In this document: positions 9,114-18,724 of the stretch, piece after piece
Layout: every line of letters begins with the position of its first letter
Position numbering within the stretch: position 1 is the stretch's first letter
Assembly (NCBI GenBank): GCA_964501905.1
Contig: CAZCTW010000010.1
Location: forward strand, 5,046-69,045
Reading direction: 5' to 3'
Origin: an uncultured Thermofilaceae archaeon
GTDB lineage: Archaea; Thermoproteota; Thermoprotei; Thermofilales; B69-G16
Length of the DNA stretch: 64,000 nt
Notes under the pieces: generated by a model
What the model was told of the DNA's origin: nothing
What the model saw: only the letters and a program-made list of their open reading frames with translations
The model's database searches: none
Made by a program: the position numbers and the translations under genes

Positions 9114-9165
9114 TGAACATAAATAAGAGCTCTGGCAAACATAATAGTTTATATAGACCTGTTCT

Positions 9166-10824
9166 ATGAAAAAAGCGGCGGCGTGTATGGCGAAGAGGAT
9201 TATCGTAATTGCCTTTATAGCGCTATTAACTCTTTCGCTAAGCCACTACGACGTTTCAGCCGCAGTCTTAGCGAAAATAAAGGTCGAAAAGGAAGTAACC
9301 TTTAGGCAGGGATACATTGTAGTGAATACGCTCGTTGAAGTTTTAAATGGAGACTCGGATATTTGGTCGTTTAAACTGCCGTCAGACTATAGAGAGAAGT
9401 TAATCTATGTTGCCGCAATTATAGGCGGAGAAATAGTTCCCGTAAAAGTGGCGTGGAATAGCTTTATAGTAACGTTCTCCAAGCCCTATCCTAAGTTCAA
9501 GATAATAGAGATTTACAAATTGGATATGAAATTTGAAGAAAGAACTGTGAAAATAAGCTTTCCGCTAATAATAACGCCAAGAGAAGCTATAGGAGACGCT
9601 TATATAAGGGTAAAAACCCCCGTTAAAGACTACGCAATTGAATCGCCAGCATACCTCAACAAAACAGATGTAGGAGCAGTAGCTAATCTAACTCTAGCCT
9701 CCCCAGGTGAGACCGATATAGTATCCTTAACCTTTTATCAAGTAGATTTGGCGTGGTTCTCGATTCCAAAGCTAAACCGCACCGTGATTATAGAATCTAC
9801 CGACGAAGCCACATTCATAGACGAATATATTATAGCGAATGGTGTAGGCGGTAGACTAGAATACGTGAACCTAGAGCTCCCCCTAAACGCCACTATAAAA
9901 AGACTAGAGGGCTTTATAGGACCCTATACGGGCAGAGGCGGGGATGGCGCATTTCACACTTGGAAAGAAGATAACAAAACTATGGTGTCGATTAGTCTTA
10001 GGTCTCCCTTATTGAGGAGAGGAGAGAAAGAGTATCTTAAAGTCGTTTATTCAGTGCCGATTAAAACTGAGGACAATATTCTGGAAATCCCCGCTTATCA
10101 CTCCTCCGGATTGCTTATAGAAAACTACGAGATAGTGATTAAAATAACCGGCGATGGTGAACTAGTAGATTTAACGCCTAGGTTCGTCAAGTTTGTAGAA
10201 GATTATAAGGTGATAGGTCTCCAGCATAAAGGAGTCCTCCTAGACGATATCCCCTCCGGAAATCCCTACGTGAAATTAAAAGTTTCTCTAAATCTAAGCG
10301 TAAAGATGAGACCTTATATAATACTGGGGGCTTTCTCTCTAATATTAGCTCTTATAGCTGTAGCTTTTGTACAGAGAGCAAGAGCCGTAAAGATCGAGGC
10401 TAAAAAAGCGGTTAAGATCGAGGCTCCGGAAGAGTTAGTAAAAGAACTCAGGGATCTATATGTGGAAAAAACCAGGCTTTATGAAGCTTTAGTAGAGGCA
10501 AAGGTCGGTAAGTTAACCGCTAAGATATCCAGACAGGTATATAGACAAAAAGTAGCGAGAATAAGCAGTAAACGTAAAAACTTGGATCGGAGAATCGCAG
10601 AGTTGAAGAATAAAATAGGGAAAGTCCCGCTCCTAGAAGAAGTTGAAAAAATATTCCATGAAATTGAGATGGAGATGGGGAAGTTTGAAGACATAAACAC
10701 AAGGTATAGGAGAGGGGAAATGAGCAAAAGAGCCTTCAAGGAGGAAATCGAAAACTTGAAGGAAAAAATTGAGAGGAAAACCTCTAAAATCCACAGTAGG
10801 CTATCGGCACTGGAGATAGAGTAA
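9166..10824 (+). CDS. Type I membrane protein resembling ribophorin I (OST1/RPN1)
   Basis: Signal peptide, ~350-aa beta-rich domain, one TM helix, helical charged tail; motif order resembles RPN1. Confidence 0.6.
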   Translation: MKKAAACMAKRIIVIAFIALLTLSLSHYDVSAAVLAKIKVEKEVTFRQGYIVVNTLVEVLNGDSDIWSFKLPSDYREKLIYVAAIIGGEIVPVKVAWNSFIVTFSKPYPKFKIIEIYKLDMKFEERTVKISFPLIITPREAIGDAYIRVKTPVKDYAIESPAYLNKTDVGAVANLTLASPGETDIVSLTFYQVDLAWFSIPKLNRTVIIESTDEATFIDEYIIANGVGGRLEYVNLELPLNATIKRLEGFIGPYTGRGGDGAFHTWKEDNKTMVSISLRSPLLRRGEKEYLKVVYSVPIKTEDNILEIPAYHSSGLLIENYEIVIKITGDGELVDLTPRFVKFVEDYKVIGLQHKGVLLDDIPSGNPYVKLKVSLNLSVKMRPYIILGAFSLILALIAVAFVQRARAVKIEAKKAVKIEAPEELVKELRDLYVEKTRLYEALVEAKVGKLTAKISRQVYRQKVARISSKRKNLDRRIAELKNKIGKVPLLEEVEKIFHEIEMEMGKFEDINTRYRRGEMSKRAFKEEIENLKEKIERKTSKIHSRLSALEIE

Positions 10825-10912
10825 AGTGCATGAAAAAGCCGCTTAAAGCTCGCTTTAAAAGTTTAGGATTTTCCTATTTATTAATATTTTTAAAAATCTG
10901 AATTGAAGGAGA

Positions 10913-11014
10913 TAGCCCGGCCGGGATTCGAACCCGGGATCACGGGGTTTCTCCCAGTTTAGGCCTCCTGAATCTTCCAGAGCCCCGTATGCTTGGCCGC
11001 TACACCACCGGGCT
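10913..11014 (-). tRNA. tRNA-Gln(CTG), 28-nt intron at 37/38 (10949-10976)
   Basis: A1-U72 acceptor, CGGGG-CU-CUG-G|A-CCCCG, BHB helix CUCU/GGAG. Confidence 0.93.
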
Positions 11015-11110
11015 CTAGGTGATAACTTATTGCTGGTTTATTTAAACATAACGGATTTGGATGGGCAAGCTTATTATACCGTTAAGTTTGTTACTCTCTG
11101 GGGGTCTAGG

Positions 11111-12646
11111 TTGAGAAAGCCTTTAGTCGTTTTGCTATTTCTACTGTTAATATTGCCTATAACGTCTTCTCCATGCCTTGTGGAGAGCTTACCCAGCGCT
11201 AAGCTAGTTTACTACATCAACGTGAAGGAAAACGCGAATGCTACCATAACTATAGTTTTCGAAGCTAAGGGCTCTGGTGTAGGCTTCATAGGGCTCCCCC
11301 TCTTCGAAGAGTATAAGGTTAGCGTGCATGAAGGAGAGATAAAGTGGCTCGATTTTAAGCCTGTGAGCGTTTTCTATACCAACGCTTCTTTCAGCTTTAG
11401 AGGTAAAAATATCCGAATGGTCATAACCTACAATTTCCCTTATGCCACTCTTATTGCAGAAGATAAAGCTTGGTTTATGAGCCCTTACATTCTTGCTTCC
11501 TCATCCTTTGAGGTTTTCGTGGAGGTAGAGCTATATGGCCTAGATCCCTCTAGAAAGGTAAGGTTTTGGCCTTACGAGCCCCTAAAGCAGCATGGGAATA
11601 AGTTTACCTTCGCGATATTAAACCCCGTTTCAGACAATAGAGTGATAATAGAATATAAGCTGTCTGAAAAGGTTCCTAACGTCGACTATAGGAAAGCTAT
11701 CGGAGAATCGGAAGTTGTAGTGAGAGTTGCTAAATACTATAGGCACATAGCTGATAAGGTATTCTATGTACTGGAAAAAACCTACGAGGAGCTAGAGTAC
11801 GTCTTCGGCGAACTGCCAGATAAGCTTGAATTCGAATTTTACCTTCCAGAACTTAATGATTTATCAGCTTTAGGCTACGTAAAGGAGAGAACTATAGAGA
11901 TGGGCGTCGAAGGTCCTATATACTTAAACTTAGCCCTTATAAGGTTTAAAGAAGGCTTTTTGGAAGAGACGGTGATCCACGAGTGTGTACATGTAGTTCT
12001 AGGACTTATTGGCGTATCGTCTAACAGAGAAATAAGATGGTTTCACGAGGGGATGGCGGAGTACGTAGCCATAAAGGTTTGTAGCGTAGCCGGGATAAAC
12101 GTGACTGATTTCATTAAGATGCATAGGGAAGGCGCTAGGGAGGCTTTAAAGCTGTACGGTGGCGATCTCTCCTTTATAATATACTGGGAGTATAGTACTC
12201 CTATGGCTCGGCTCTATTATTCAGCGGCATTTTATATAATGAATAAGACTGCCGAAGAGAACGGCGGACTCGTTTATGTTAAAAAACTCGTGAGAGAGAT
12301 CGAGAAACAGGGAGGAGCTGATAGTAACGAGGAAGTCATTCAAGCTATGAGCAAAGCGGCTGGCAAGGATTTAAGGAGACAGTTTAGAAAATGGGGGTTC
12401 CCAGTAACCGTTCAGGATGAAAATGGAGGAGAAGACTTAGGCAATAATGAAAGCAAAGAAAAGCAGTTGATAAAAGCGCTATGGGAAACTATAAAGCTAT
12501 TAGTAATCATGGTGGTGATAGCCGTAATAGTGTTAGCAACGATATTAGGTTTTATCATCTATTGGTTCCTCAAGAGAAGAAGAGGATTATTATATTCTCT
12601 AAGATATTTTCACAAGTTTTCTGAGATAGAGCAAGTGTACAGCTAG
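11111..12646 (+). CDS. Membrane-anchored gluzincin (peptidase MA/M1-like) metallopeptidase
   Basis: HECVH-x18-E (WFHEG), signal peptide from TTG 11111, C-terminal TM helix. Confidence 0.85.
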   Translation: MRKPLVVLLFLLLILPITSSPCLVESLPSAKLVYYINVKENANATITIVFEAKGSGVGFIGLPLFEEYKVSVHEGEIKWLDFKPVSVFYTNASFSFRGKNIRMVITYNFPYATLIAEDKAWFMSPYILASSSFEVFVEVELYGLDPSRKVRFWPYEPLKQHGNKFTFAILNPVSDNRVIIEYKLSEKVPNVDYRKAIGESEVVVRVAKYYRHIADKVFYVLEKTYEELEYVFGELPDKLEFEFYLPELNDLSALGYVKERTIEMGVEGPIYLNLALIRFKEGFLEETVIHECVHVVLGLIGVSSNREIRWFHEGMAEYVAIKVCSVAGINVTDFIKMHREGAREALKLYGGDLSFIIYWEYSTPMARLYYSAAFYIMNKTAEENGGLVYVKKLVREIEKQGGADSNEEVIQAMSKAAGKDLRRQFRKWGFPVTVQDENGGEDLGNNESKEKQLIKALWETIKLLVIMVVIAVIVLATILGFIIYWFLKRRRGLLYSLRYFHKFSEIEQVYS

Positions 12647-12865
12647 CAGTACGAAAAACAAAATTACCGCTACTAGTGTCAATAAAATTCCGTGCTCACC
12701 CCATGCACCTACTATGGGTATAGGCCCAATTACAATTATAACCGACCCACTAGTAGCTGGTTCACGAATAGCACAGAATATCATAGCTATAGAGCCCATT
12801 AGGATAAGCAGGAAACCCGCTATAAAAAGTACAAAGGCTAGACGCTCCACTTTCCTACCACCCAC
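12599..12865 (-). CDS. DUF131/TIGR00304-like membrane protein
   Basis: GSVIIVIGPIPIVG motif between two TM helices. Confidence 0.8.
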   Translation of the reverse strand: MGGRKVERLAFVLFIAGFLLILMGSIAMIFCAIREPATSGSVIIVIGPIPIVGAWGEHGILLTLVAVILFFVLLAVHLLYLRKLVKIS

Positions 12866-13112
12866 CCATGGACGTTATTAAAATAAAAAACATGAAAAAT
12901 GCCAGAGCCACTATGGTTAATATTACGGCCCACTTTACGCTTTCTTTATCGCTTCCGATTATTATCGGTATAGGCCCTATAAGTATAACTCCCGCTCCTC
13001 TTACTTCAGCTGCTCCGCGAAAAAGGGCGCTTAACACTAATATCATTATCGAAATCACTACTAGTACTATCCCTGCTAAGATTAGCACTAGCCCTATATT
13101 CATGACCGCCAC
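12855..13112 (-). CDS. DUF131/TIGR00304-like membrane protein
   Basis: GAGVILIGPIPIIIGSDK motif. Confidence 0.85.
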   Translation of the reverse strand: MAVMNIGLVLILAGIVLVVISIMILVLSALFRGAAEVRGAGVILIGPIPIIIGSDKESVKWAVILTIVALAFFMFFILITSMGGW

Positions 13113-13133
13113 CCCTAACTTGGATACAAAAGC

Positions 13134-13688
13134 TTAAGCTAAAAACTTTACTAGGGATAAGGTCACAGCTAACGAGAGCGAAATTATAGCTATAGAAAGA
13201 GAAGTAAAGCTTACCAAGTAGAAAGCCCCAAGGATGTTATACGCGATGTGAGCTATTATTGATGATGCTAGCCCCCATTTTAAGCGTAGCTCTTGGAAAA
13301 GGGCTCCCAGGAGCAGGAAAATTGGTAATAGGGGTAAAAGCTTTAGTAGAGAGATAAAAGATATATGAAACAGGGAATAAAGTAGAAGAGTTATTATGTA
13401 AGCTCTTCTCCATCCGCCCGAAATTTTTAATTCATCATACAATTTAACTCTGAAATATAGCTCTTCGATTACGCTGGCTAGGATTAATAGGGGGAGAGAG
13501 AAAAAGCGGGGAGGCCCTAGAACTAATTGTCCGGCTATCCCGAGAGCCATAATGGACAGATATCTAGGCGTTAACCCTGAAAAGAGAGAAGCATATACTA
13601 GATCTAAACCGGATAGTTTAGAACCTAAATAGCTAGTTTCCTTTTCCAAAAATAAGGAGACATAGAGCGCTAGAGTTATATATGACAT
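13134..13688 (-). CDS. CAAX/CPBP (Abi-family) intramembrane protease; N-terminus probably extends upstream across a frameshift
   Basis: EELYFR, FH, and HIAYN motifs. Confidence 0.85.
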   Translation of the reverse strand: MSYITLALYVSLFLEKETSYLGSKLSGLDLVYASLFSGLTPRYLSIMALGIAGQLVLGPPRFFSLPLLILASVIEELYFRVKLYDELKISGGWRRAYIITLLLYSLFHISFISLLKLLPLLPIFLLLGALFQELRLKWGLASSIIAHIAYNILGAFYLVSFTSLSIAIISLSLAVTLSLVKFLA

Positions 13689-13880
13689 TAGAACACCGCC
13701 GGGAAAAGCTTCCCTAATGATTATTGAGAAAATGTATACTAGTAATGTGTAAAAAAGATGTTTTCTCCCTTGGATCCCTTTTTTATTTTTTTTTCTTTTA
13801 AGAGGAACATATCCTCTAGGAAAACGTTATATATTTGACATATGTATCTTGTCCTACCGTCCTAGCAGGAGGGGTTTAAC

Positions 13881-14150
13881 TTGGGTCGGCGGAAATCCAA
13901 ATTGACGATAGAACGCGCAAAAAGAGTATACCAGATTTTAGTAGAAAAAAAAGACGGTCTTCCAACGCCTAAGCTATTTAATATAGTTCTCAAAGAGGGC
14001 ATAATAAGGGAGTACTCGACTCTATACCAGATCTTGAAAATGTTAAAGGAGAAAGGAGTAGTAGAGCAGAGAAGCGAGAAAGGGCTAGCTAGGTGGGAGG
14101 TCATAAAAATAGTTGATTTGCCGACCTTAGAGAAAATCATAACTACATGA
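13881..14150 (+). CDS. Small winged-helix DNA-binding protein
   Basis: YSTLYQILKML.EKGVVE wHTH pattern; GGAGG RBS. Confidence 0.7.
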   Translation: MGRRKSKLTIERAKRVYQILVEKKDGLPTPKLFNIVLKEGIIREYSTLYQILKMLKEKGVVEQRSEKGLARWEVIKIVDLPTLEKIITT

Positions 14151-14275
14151 TTTTAATAATCCCCATTCTTGCAATTTCCGAATGTTAGATATAAAGTTAA
14201 GTTAGTCTCAATTTCCCCGCGTTCTATTCTATAACTCAATTTAAATATCTAAGAGTAAATGCTAAAATAGGTGTC

Positions 14276-14872
14276 ATGTCTCACTACTACTCTATAGAGC
14301 CTACGCACAGCAAAAAAACCTATAAAATATCGGTCACCCTTAGAGGTTTTAACATAACCCTATTCACTTCTAGCGGCGTTTTTTCAGCTAGACGGATAGA
14401 TCCCGGTACTGCTCTTCTAGCTGAGACCATGATAGTAAAGGACGGATGGCGAGTACTAGATCTGGGCTGCGGTTACGGCGTGTTAGGCATAATAGCTGCC
14501 AAATTAACGCCTAATGGTTTCGTGTATATGGTGGATATCAACAAACAAGCCGTGAGGCTTGCCAGGTTAAACGCCAGGCTGAACGGCGTGAGAAACGTAA
14601 AGGTTTTGTGGGGAGATTTATTTGAGCCATTTGTAAACGAGAAATTTAACACTATAATTTCAAATCCTCCGCAAGCAGCTGGCTACAGGGTATTAGGTAG
14701 AATTGTAAAGGAATCACTGGAGCACTTAGAGAAGGGAGGGCTGTTACAGCTAGTTGCTAAGCATAGAAAAGGAGGTGCTAGGTTATGCAAGCTTATGGAG
14801 GAGTGTTTTTGCAATGTTGAAACAATAGCTAAAAAGGGTGGGTATCGAGTCTATGTTTCTAAACGGCAATAA
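14276..14872 (+). CDS. RsmC-like small methyltransferase
   Basis: GVFS..RID.GT, LDLGCGYG, NPP motifs. Confidence 0.9.
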   Translation: MSHYYSIEPTHSKKTYKISVTLRGFNITLFTSSGVFSARRIDPGTALLAETMIVKDGWRVLDLGCGYGVLGIIAAKLTPNGFVYMVDINKQAVRLARLNARLNGVRNVKVLWGDLFEPFVNEKFNTIISNPPQAAGYRVLGRIVKESLEHLEKGGLLQLVAKHRKGGARLCKLMEECFCNVETIAKKGGYRVYVSKRQ

Positions 14873-14914
14873 ATAATATTAACGCGCTTGACATTTTTTA
14901 ACTTCGGTGTCTAG

Positions 14915-15355
14915 ATGGAAGATATACTTAGGGAGACGTTTGAAGCTTTAAAGCGGATAGAGATGGAGTTAAACAAGATTTTTAGAGATATAGCCTCTAA
15001 GTACCCGTCTATAAGCTTCCCCGCCGGCGTCTATGAGCCGCTGGTAGATATTGAGGAAAGAGAAAACGAGTACGTAGTTTACCTGGACGTGCCTGGGTTC
15101 AAGAAAGAGGACCTTAAAATCACGGTAGGAGATAATTACGTTGAGGTTTATGCTGAGAAGAGCGAAGAGGAAAAGCAGGAGATTAAGGACAGGAAGTATA
15201 TAATAAGACAACGCTTCTACGAAAGTATAAAGAAGAGGATTGAACTGCCCTCAGCTATAAAGCCGGAGGAGGCGCGGGCCAGTTTAACCAATGGAGTACT
15301 AACTATCTACCTACCAAAACGCGTGGTGAGCAGAGAAGTAACCATAGAATTGTAA
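14915..15355 (+). CDS. Small heat-shock protein Hsp20
   Basis: PLVDI.E, D.PG, A.L.NGVL.I.LPK motifs. Confidence 0.95.
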   Translation: MEDILRETFEALKRIEMELNKIFRDIASKYPSISFPAGVYEPLVDIEERENEYVVYLDVPGFKKEDLKITVGDNYVEVYAEKSEEEKQEIKDRKYIIRQRFYESIKKRIELPSAIKPEEARASLTNGVLTIYLPKRVVSREVTIEL

Positions 15356-15363
15356 ATCGATAA

Positions 15364-15909
15364 ATGGGCTCCTTTAAAGACAAAAAAGTAAAAGTCGGAG
15401 TTATCGGAGGTACTTTTTCTCTACTACATAGTGGGCATAAATATCTGATTAGAAGAGCTCTAAAAGTCACTGATAAACTGATTATAGGGGTAACTTCCGA
15501 TACTTTCGTAAGAAAGATGGATAAAAAACACCCCGTCGAGAATTTTTCTACACGCGTAGAGAATCTCAGAAAATTCCTCCAAAATGAAGGAGTTTTAGAT
15601 AGGTGCACGATTGTGGAGATAAATGACTTCATGGGTCCGGCCGGTAGCCGGGAAGATATAGACCTCATCGTGGTTACAGACGAGACTTTACAAGGAGCTC
15701 TCGAGATAAACGAGTATAGAGTGAGGCACGGGCTTAATCCTTTAATTATAATAGTAATAGAGGCTTTGCTCGATGACAAGAAACTACCCATCTCAAGTAC
15801 TCGGCTCTGGCTGAAAGGCAACCTTCCTCTTGAAGATAAGGGCGCTAACATAGTACCAAGCGGCAATCCAGAAGGCAAAAAGAAGCAGTCCGATAACAGA
15901 TCGTTCTAA
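15364..15909 (+). CDS. coaD: Archaeal phosphopantetheine adenylyltransferase
   Basis: GGTF..LH.GH, GVTSD, IVVT.ET, ISSTR motifs. Confidence 0.88.
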   Translation: MGSFKDKKVKVGVIGGTFSLLHSGHKYLIRRALKVTDKLIIGVTSDTFVRKMDKKHPVENFSTRVENLRKFLQNEGVLDRCTIVEINDFMGPAGSREDIDLIVVTDETLQGALEINEYRVRHGLNPLIIIVIEALLDDKKLPISSTRLWLKGNLPLEDKGANIVPSGNPEGKKKQSDNRSF

Positions 15910-16023
15910 GCTACTCTTCAAATTCATAACGAACTTATCTATAATCAGTAGTAGTAATATCAGGAGAGACCAAAAAGTTAGGATAAGACCGCACACCGCT
16001 AACGTTGATTTCTTTACGTTCAT
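15793..16023 (-). CDS. Small two-TM hypothetical protein
   Basis: ATG just downstream of the GPT gene; hydrophobic; overlaps the coaD 3' end. Confidence 0.55.
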   Translation of the reverse strand: MNVKKSTLAVCGLILTFWSLLILLLLIIDKFVMNLKSSLERSVIGLLLFAFWIAAWYYVSALIFKRKVAFQPEPST

Positions 16024-16037
16024 ACAGGTTCCCCATT

Positions 16038-17054
16038 CTAAATCTTAACTTTCAGAAGAAGCGCTGAGATTATGGCTAAGAAAGCTGAGAACATCTGAAT
16101 ATATGTAAAAGTCTTTATAAGCTCTTTTTCATAACCGTCTCCTCCGAATAGGAGTATTAACCTTGTCAGCGTTATCGGTGCGTTAGGGCTTTTAGATGCC
16201 CTCATTCTATAATCTGGCAGCATAAGGGTGGGTTTATCCTTTATATTCCTGTGCTCTACAAAACCTTTTATCGACGATACTATATAAAAAGCGTTTAAAA
16301 TCTGAGGCATTAAAGCCACTAAGGCGATGAATTCCATTTTTGAAAGTACCGCTACAGCGCCTAAAACCCCTCCGACTAACAGTCCGCCACAGTCTCCGGC
16401 GAATATTCTCGAAGGATACTTATTGTAAGGCAGAAAACCTAAAATAGAACCTATAAGCGCGGCTAGCAGTATCAACCCTAGTTTATTACCTATGAGAATA
16501 GCTGAAACAAAAAGAGAAGAAGCTGCTATAGCGCTAGTAATAGTCATTAAGCCGTTTAATATGTCGATCATGTTTATGGCGTTTGCAGGTCCCGCTATAG
16601 CGAGAGGAAGAAGCAACCAGTATATTATCGTAAGCCTTAAAGTTCCTATGAGAGGGACCCGAGGCCTATACCTGATCCAGAGACCCGTCTCCTCTGGGTA
16701 GAGAAGACCGGCTATAACCGTAGGTATTATTGCTAGAACAGTTAAACCCATCTTCACCTTCCCCTTCAAAACTACTAAATCGTCAATAAATCCTATAGCA
16801 ACCAGTATCGTTGCCGTCAACATTATGATTATTATTTGTATTGTATACTCTCTGCAGAGGAAAAGAGCCAAAGTCAAAGAAGAGAGCAAGCCGGCATATA
16901 TGGCTAAACCGCCTAAGGTGGGGATTAAAGGTTCGCCCGGTTTGTGTATGTCGGGCCTTAATATTCTCTTTTTATTAGCTATTTTTGCCACAATGGGGGT
17001 TAGGAGGTAAGTTGCCGCAAATCCAGCGCTGAATACTAGAACTTGTTTAAACAC
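16038..17054 (-). CDS. UDP-GlcNAc:dolichyl-phosphate GlcNAc-1-P transferase (AglH/GPT family)
   Basis: D.HK, GFIDD, NAINM.D.LNG, PSRIFAGD motifs; multi-TM. Confidence 0.9.
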   Translation of the reverse strand: MFKQVLVFSAGFAATYLLTPIVAKIANKKRILRPDIHKPGEPLIPTLGGLAIYAGLLSSLTLALFLCREYTIQIIIIMLTATILVAIGFIDDLVVLKGKVKMGLTVLAIIPTVIAGLLYPEETGLWIRYRPRVPLIGTLRLTIIYWLLLPLAIAGPANAINMIDILNGLMTITSAIAASSLFVSAILIGNKLGLILLAALIGSILGFLPYNKYPSRIFAGDCGGLLVGGVLGAVAVLSKMEFIALVALMPQILNAFYIVSSIKGFVEHRNIKDKPTLMLPDYRMRASKSPNAPITLTRLILLFGGDGYEKELIKTFTYIQMFSAFLAIISALLLKVKI

Positions 17055-18024
17055 ATTTTTCCCTCTTCAGGTCTCTAACATATAAGTATATTAGGGGAAG
17101 AATTATGGTAGCATCGCCGTAGATCGTCTCCCGCATGGCGCTCGGCTTAACCTTGCCCCAGCTAATAGCTTCTCTAAGTCTAGCTCCGCTTAAACTACCA
17201 TCCCATTCTACGGCCGTTGTTATATACACGGCGTAATCTAATCCTCCTTTGAACTGCGCCCACCAGATAACGTGATGTTTGCTTATGCCTCCACCGACGA
17301 TAACAGCTCCTAGCTTCTCCCCTGAAAAAACGAGCTCAGAAATATTCTCCATATCTTTGAGAAAGTTTAGATGAATTCTTTTCCCTCCTTTTCTAAGTCG
17401 CTGTTTCTGGTTGAAAGTGTAGATAGCCGTTCCGAAAGCCGAGTCTAAGAGTCCTGGAGAGAACACGGGAACACCGGCCTTATAGGCCGCTCTTAAAAAT
17501 GAATTCTCATCTTCAATACGCTTTCCGAATTCCCTCAGTAATTCGCTAGGACTCCACTCAATTTTTTCCTCAATTAACTCGTCTAGAATTTTATGGACCT
17601 CTTTTTCTATAATTTCGCCGTAATTTTCAAAAGGTATTAAAACGCTCCCTAGCCGGTGTATGCCTAACTCCTTAAGTCGTGCATCGTCATAATCAAAATC
17701 GCCCGCGTAGTATGTACCGCCGAAGCTTCTAGCTATATCGTGGTCTATGCTACCACCAGTGGTCACCACAGCATCGACGAACCCCCTCTCTATAATGTCG
17801 GCGAAGAGGGATCTTAAGCCAGTAGCCACGAGGTTCGCTGTAAAGCTCACGAAGATCATGCACTTCTCATCTTTAAGCATCCTCTCGATTATCTTAGCTG
17901 AACGGTGTATTCTAGGAGCCATAAACCCTCCTATTGCTCCAAGCTGCTCTACCAAATCTTTAACGGTTTTAATAGAGTCCAGTTTCAAATCTTTAAGAGG
18001 ATTTTCTAATAGATCCTCACGCAA
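17047..18024 (-). CDS. dys: Deoxyhypusine synthase
   Basis: GGGISKHH, DGSLSGA..EAISWGK, DATI motifs. Confidence 0.97.
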   Translation of the reverse strand: MREDLLENPLKDLKLDSIKTVKDLVEQLGAIGGFMAPRIHRSAKIIERMLKDEKCMIFVSFTANLVATGLRSLFADIIERGFVDAVVTTGGSIDHDIARSFGGTYYAGDFDYDDARLKELGIHRLGSVLIPFENYGEIIEKEVHKILDELIEEKIEWSPSELLREFGKRIEDENSFLRAAYKAGVPVFSPGLLDSAFGTAIYTFNQKQRLRKGGKRIHLNFLKDMENISELVFSGEKLGAVIVGGGISKHHVIWWAQFKGGLDYAVYITTAVEWDGSLSGARLREAISWGKVKPSAMRETIYGDATIILPLIYLYVRDLKREKCV

Positions 18025-18027
18025 AGC

Positions 18028-18489
18028 TCACACCCTATACAGGTAGACTTTATGGCTTCGGTAACCATCGTTTACAGCTTTTACAGCTATGGGCTTCCAC
18101 CCTACAACTTCGAAATCGTGGGAGACAACTCTAGCTCCCTTTTTAAGCTCTTTTTCTAGCTTTGGACGCAGTTTTTCGTTTACGCTCGTTAAGAGATAGA
18201 GCGTGACTACATCGGCGGGAGACACGTTTACGTTGAAGAAATCCCCCTCTATAACTAGAATTTTATCCTTTAACCCCTCTGCTAAAACGTTTTTAACACA
18301 TCTTTCTATGAGATCCCTCCGTAACTCTATCCCCACAGCTTTAGCTCCAAACTCCTTAGCAGCTATTATGAGGACTCGTCCATCCCCGCACCCTAAATCG
18401 AAGACTATCTCGCCGGGCTTTACCTCCGCCAGTTCGAGCATAACTCTTATCACTTCGTGAGGCGTTGGGACGTAGGGGACTAGTATCAT
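18028..18489 (-). CDS. aKMT/FAM173-like protein-lysine methyltransferase
   Basis: VPYVPTP, DLGCGDGR, LYL, RVVSHDF motifs. Confidence 0.8.
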   Translation of the reverse strand: MILVPYVPTPHEVIRVMLELAEVKPGEIVFDLGCGDGRVLIIAAKEFGAKAVGIELRRDLIERCVKNVLAEGLKDKILVIEGDFFNVNVSPADVVTLYLLTSVNEKLRPKLEKELKKGARVVSHDFEVVGWKPIAVKAVNDGYRSHKVYLYRV

Positions 18490-18581
18490 TTCGCGCTCCC
18501 GCGGGTCGAACTTACCCTAACAACCTTCACCTCATTTATATTTATTGCTTCTGCTAGCGGAATACCTTCCCTAAAGTTTAG

Positions 18582-18630
18582 TCAGTTCTGGTGTCTCTCT
18601 TCACTAGTCCGAAATACCAGCCTTCATCAT
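18582..18630 (-). ncRNA. Box C/D sRNA guiding 16S rRNA 2'-O-methylation
   Basis: AUGAUGA-AGGCUGGUAUUU-CGGA-CUAG-UGAAGA-GAGACACCAGAA-CUGA; guides complement 16S AAUACCAGCC and UCUGGUGUC (recalled consensus); TTTAAATA upstream. Confidence 0.9.
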
Positions 18631-18724
18631 CTACTCAACATAGAGCAGACGGCATATTTAAACGTGAAGCCATGGATTAGTTTTATAGTCTCTTACGCAT
18701 AGGTAACGTAGACTTGGTGAAAAA

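Noticed and set aside
18490-18535. GC hairpin and 3-codon uORF before the aKMT-like gene as a BHB mRNA intron
   Set aside because: No proper BHB geometry found, and the ORF is complete from ATG 18489
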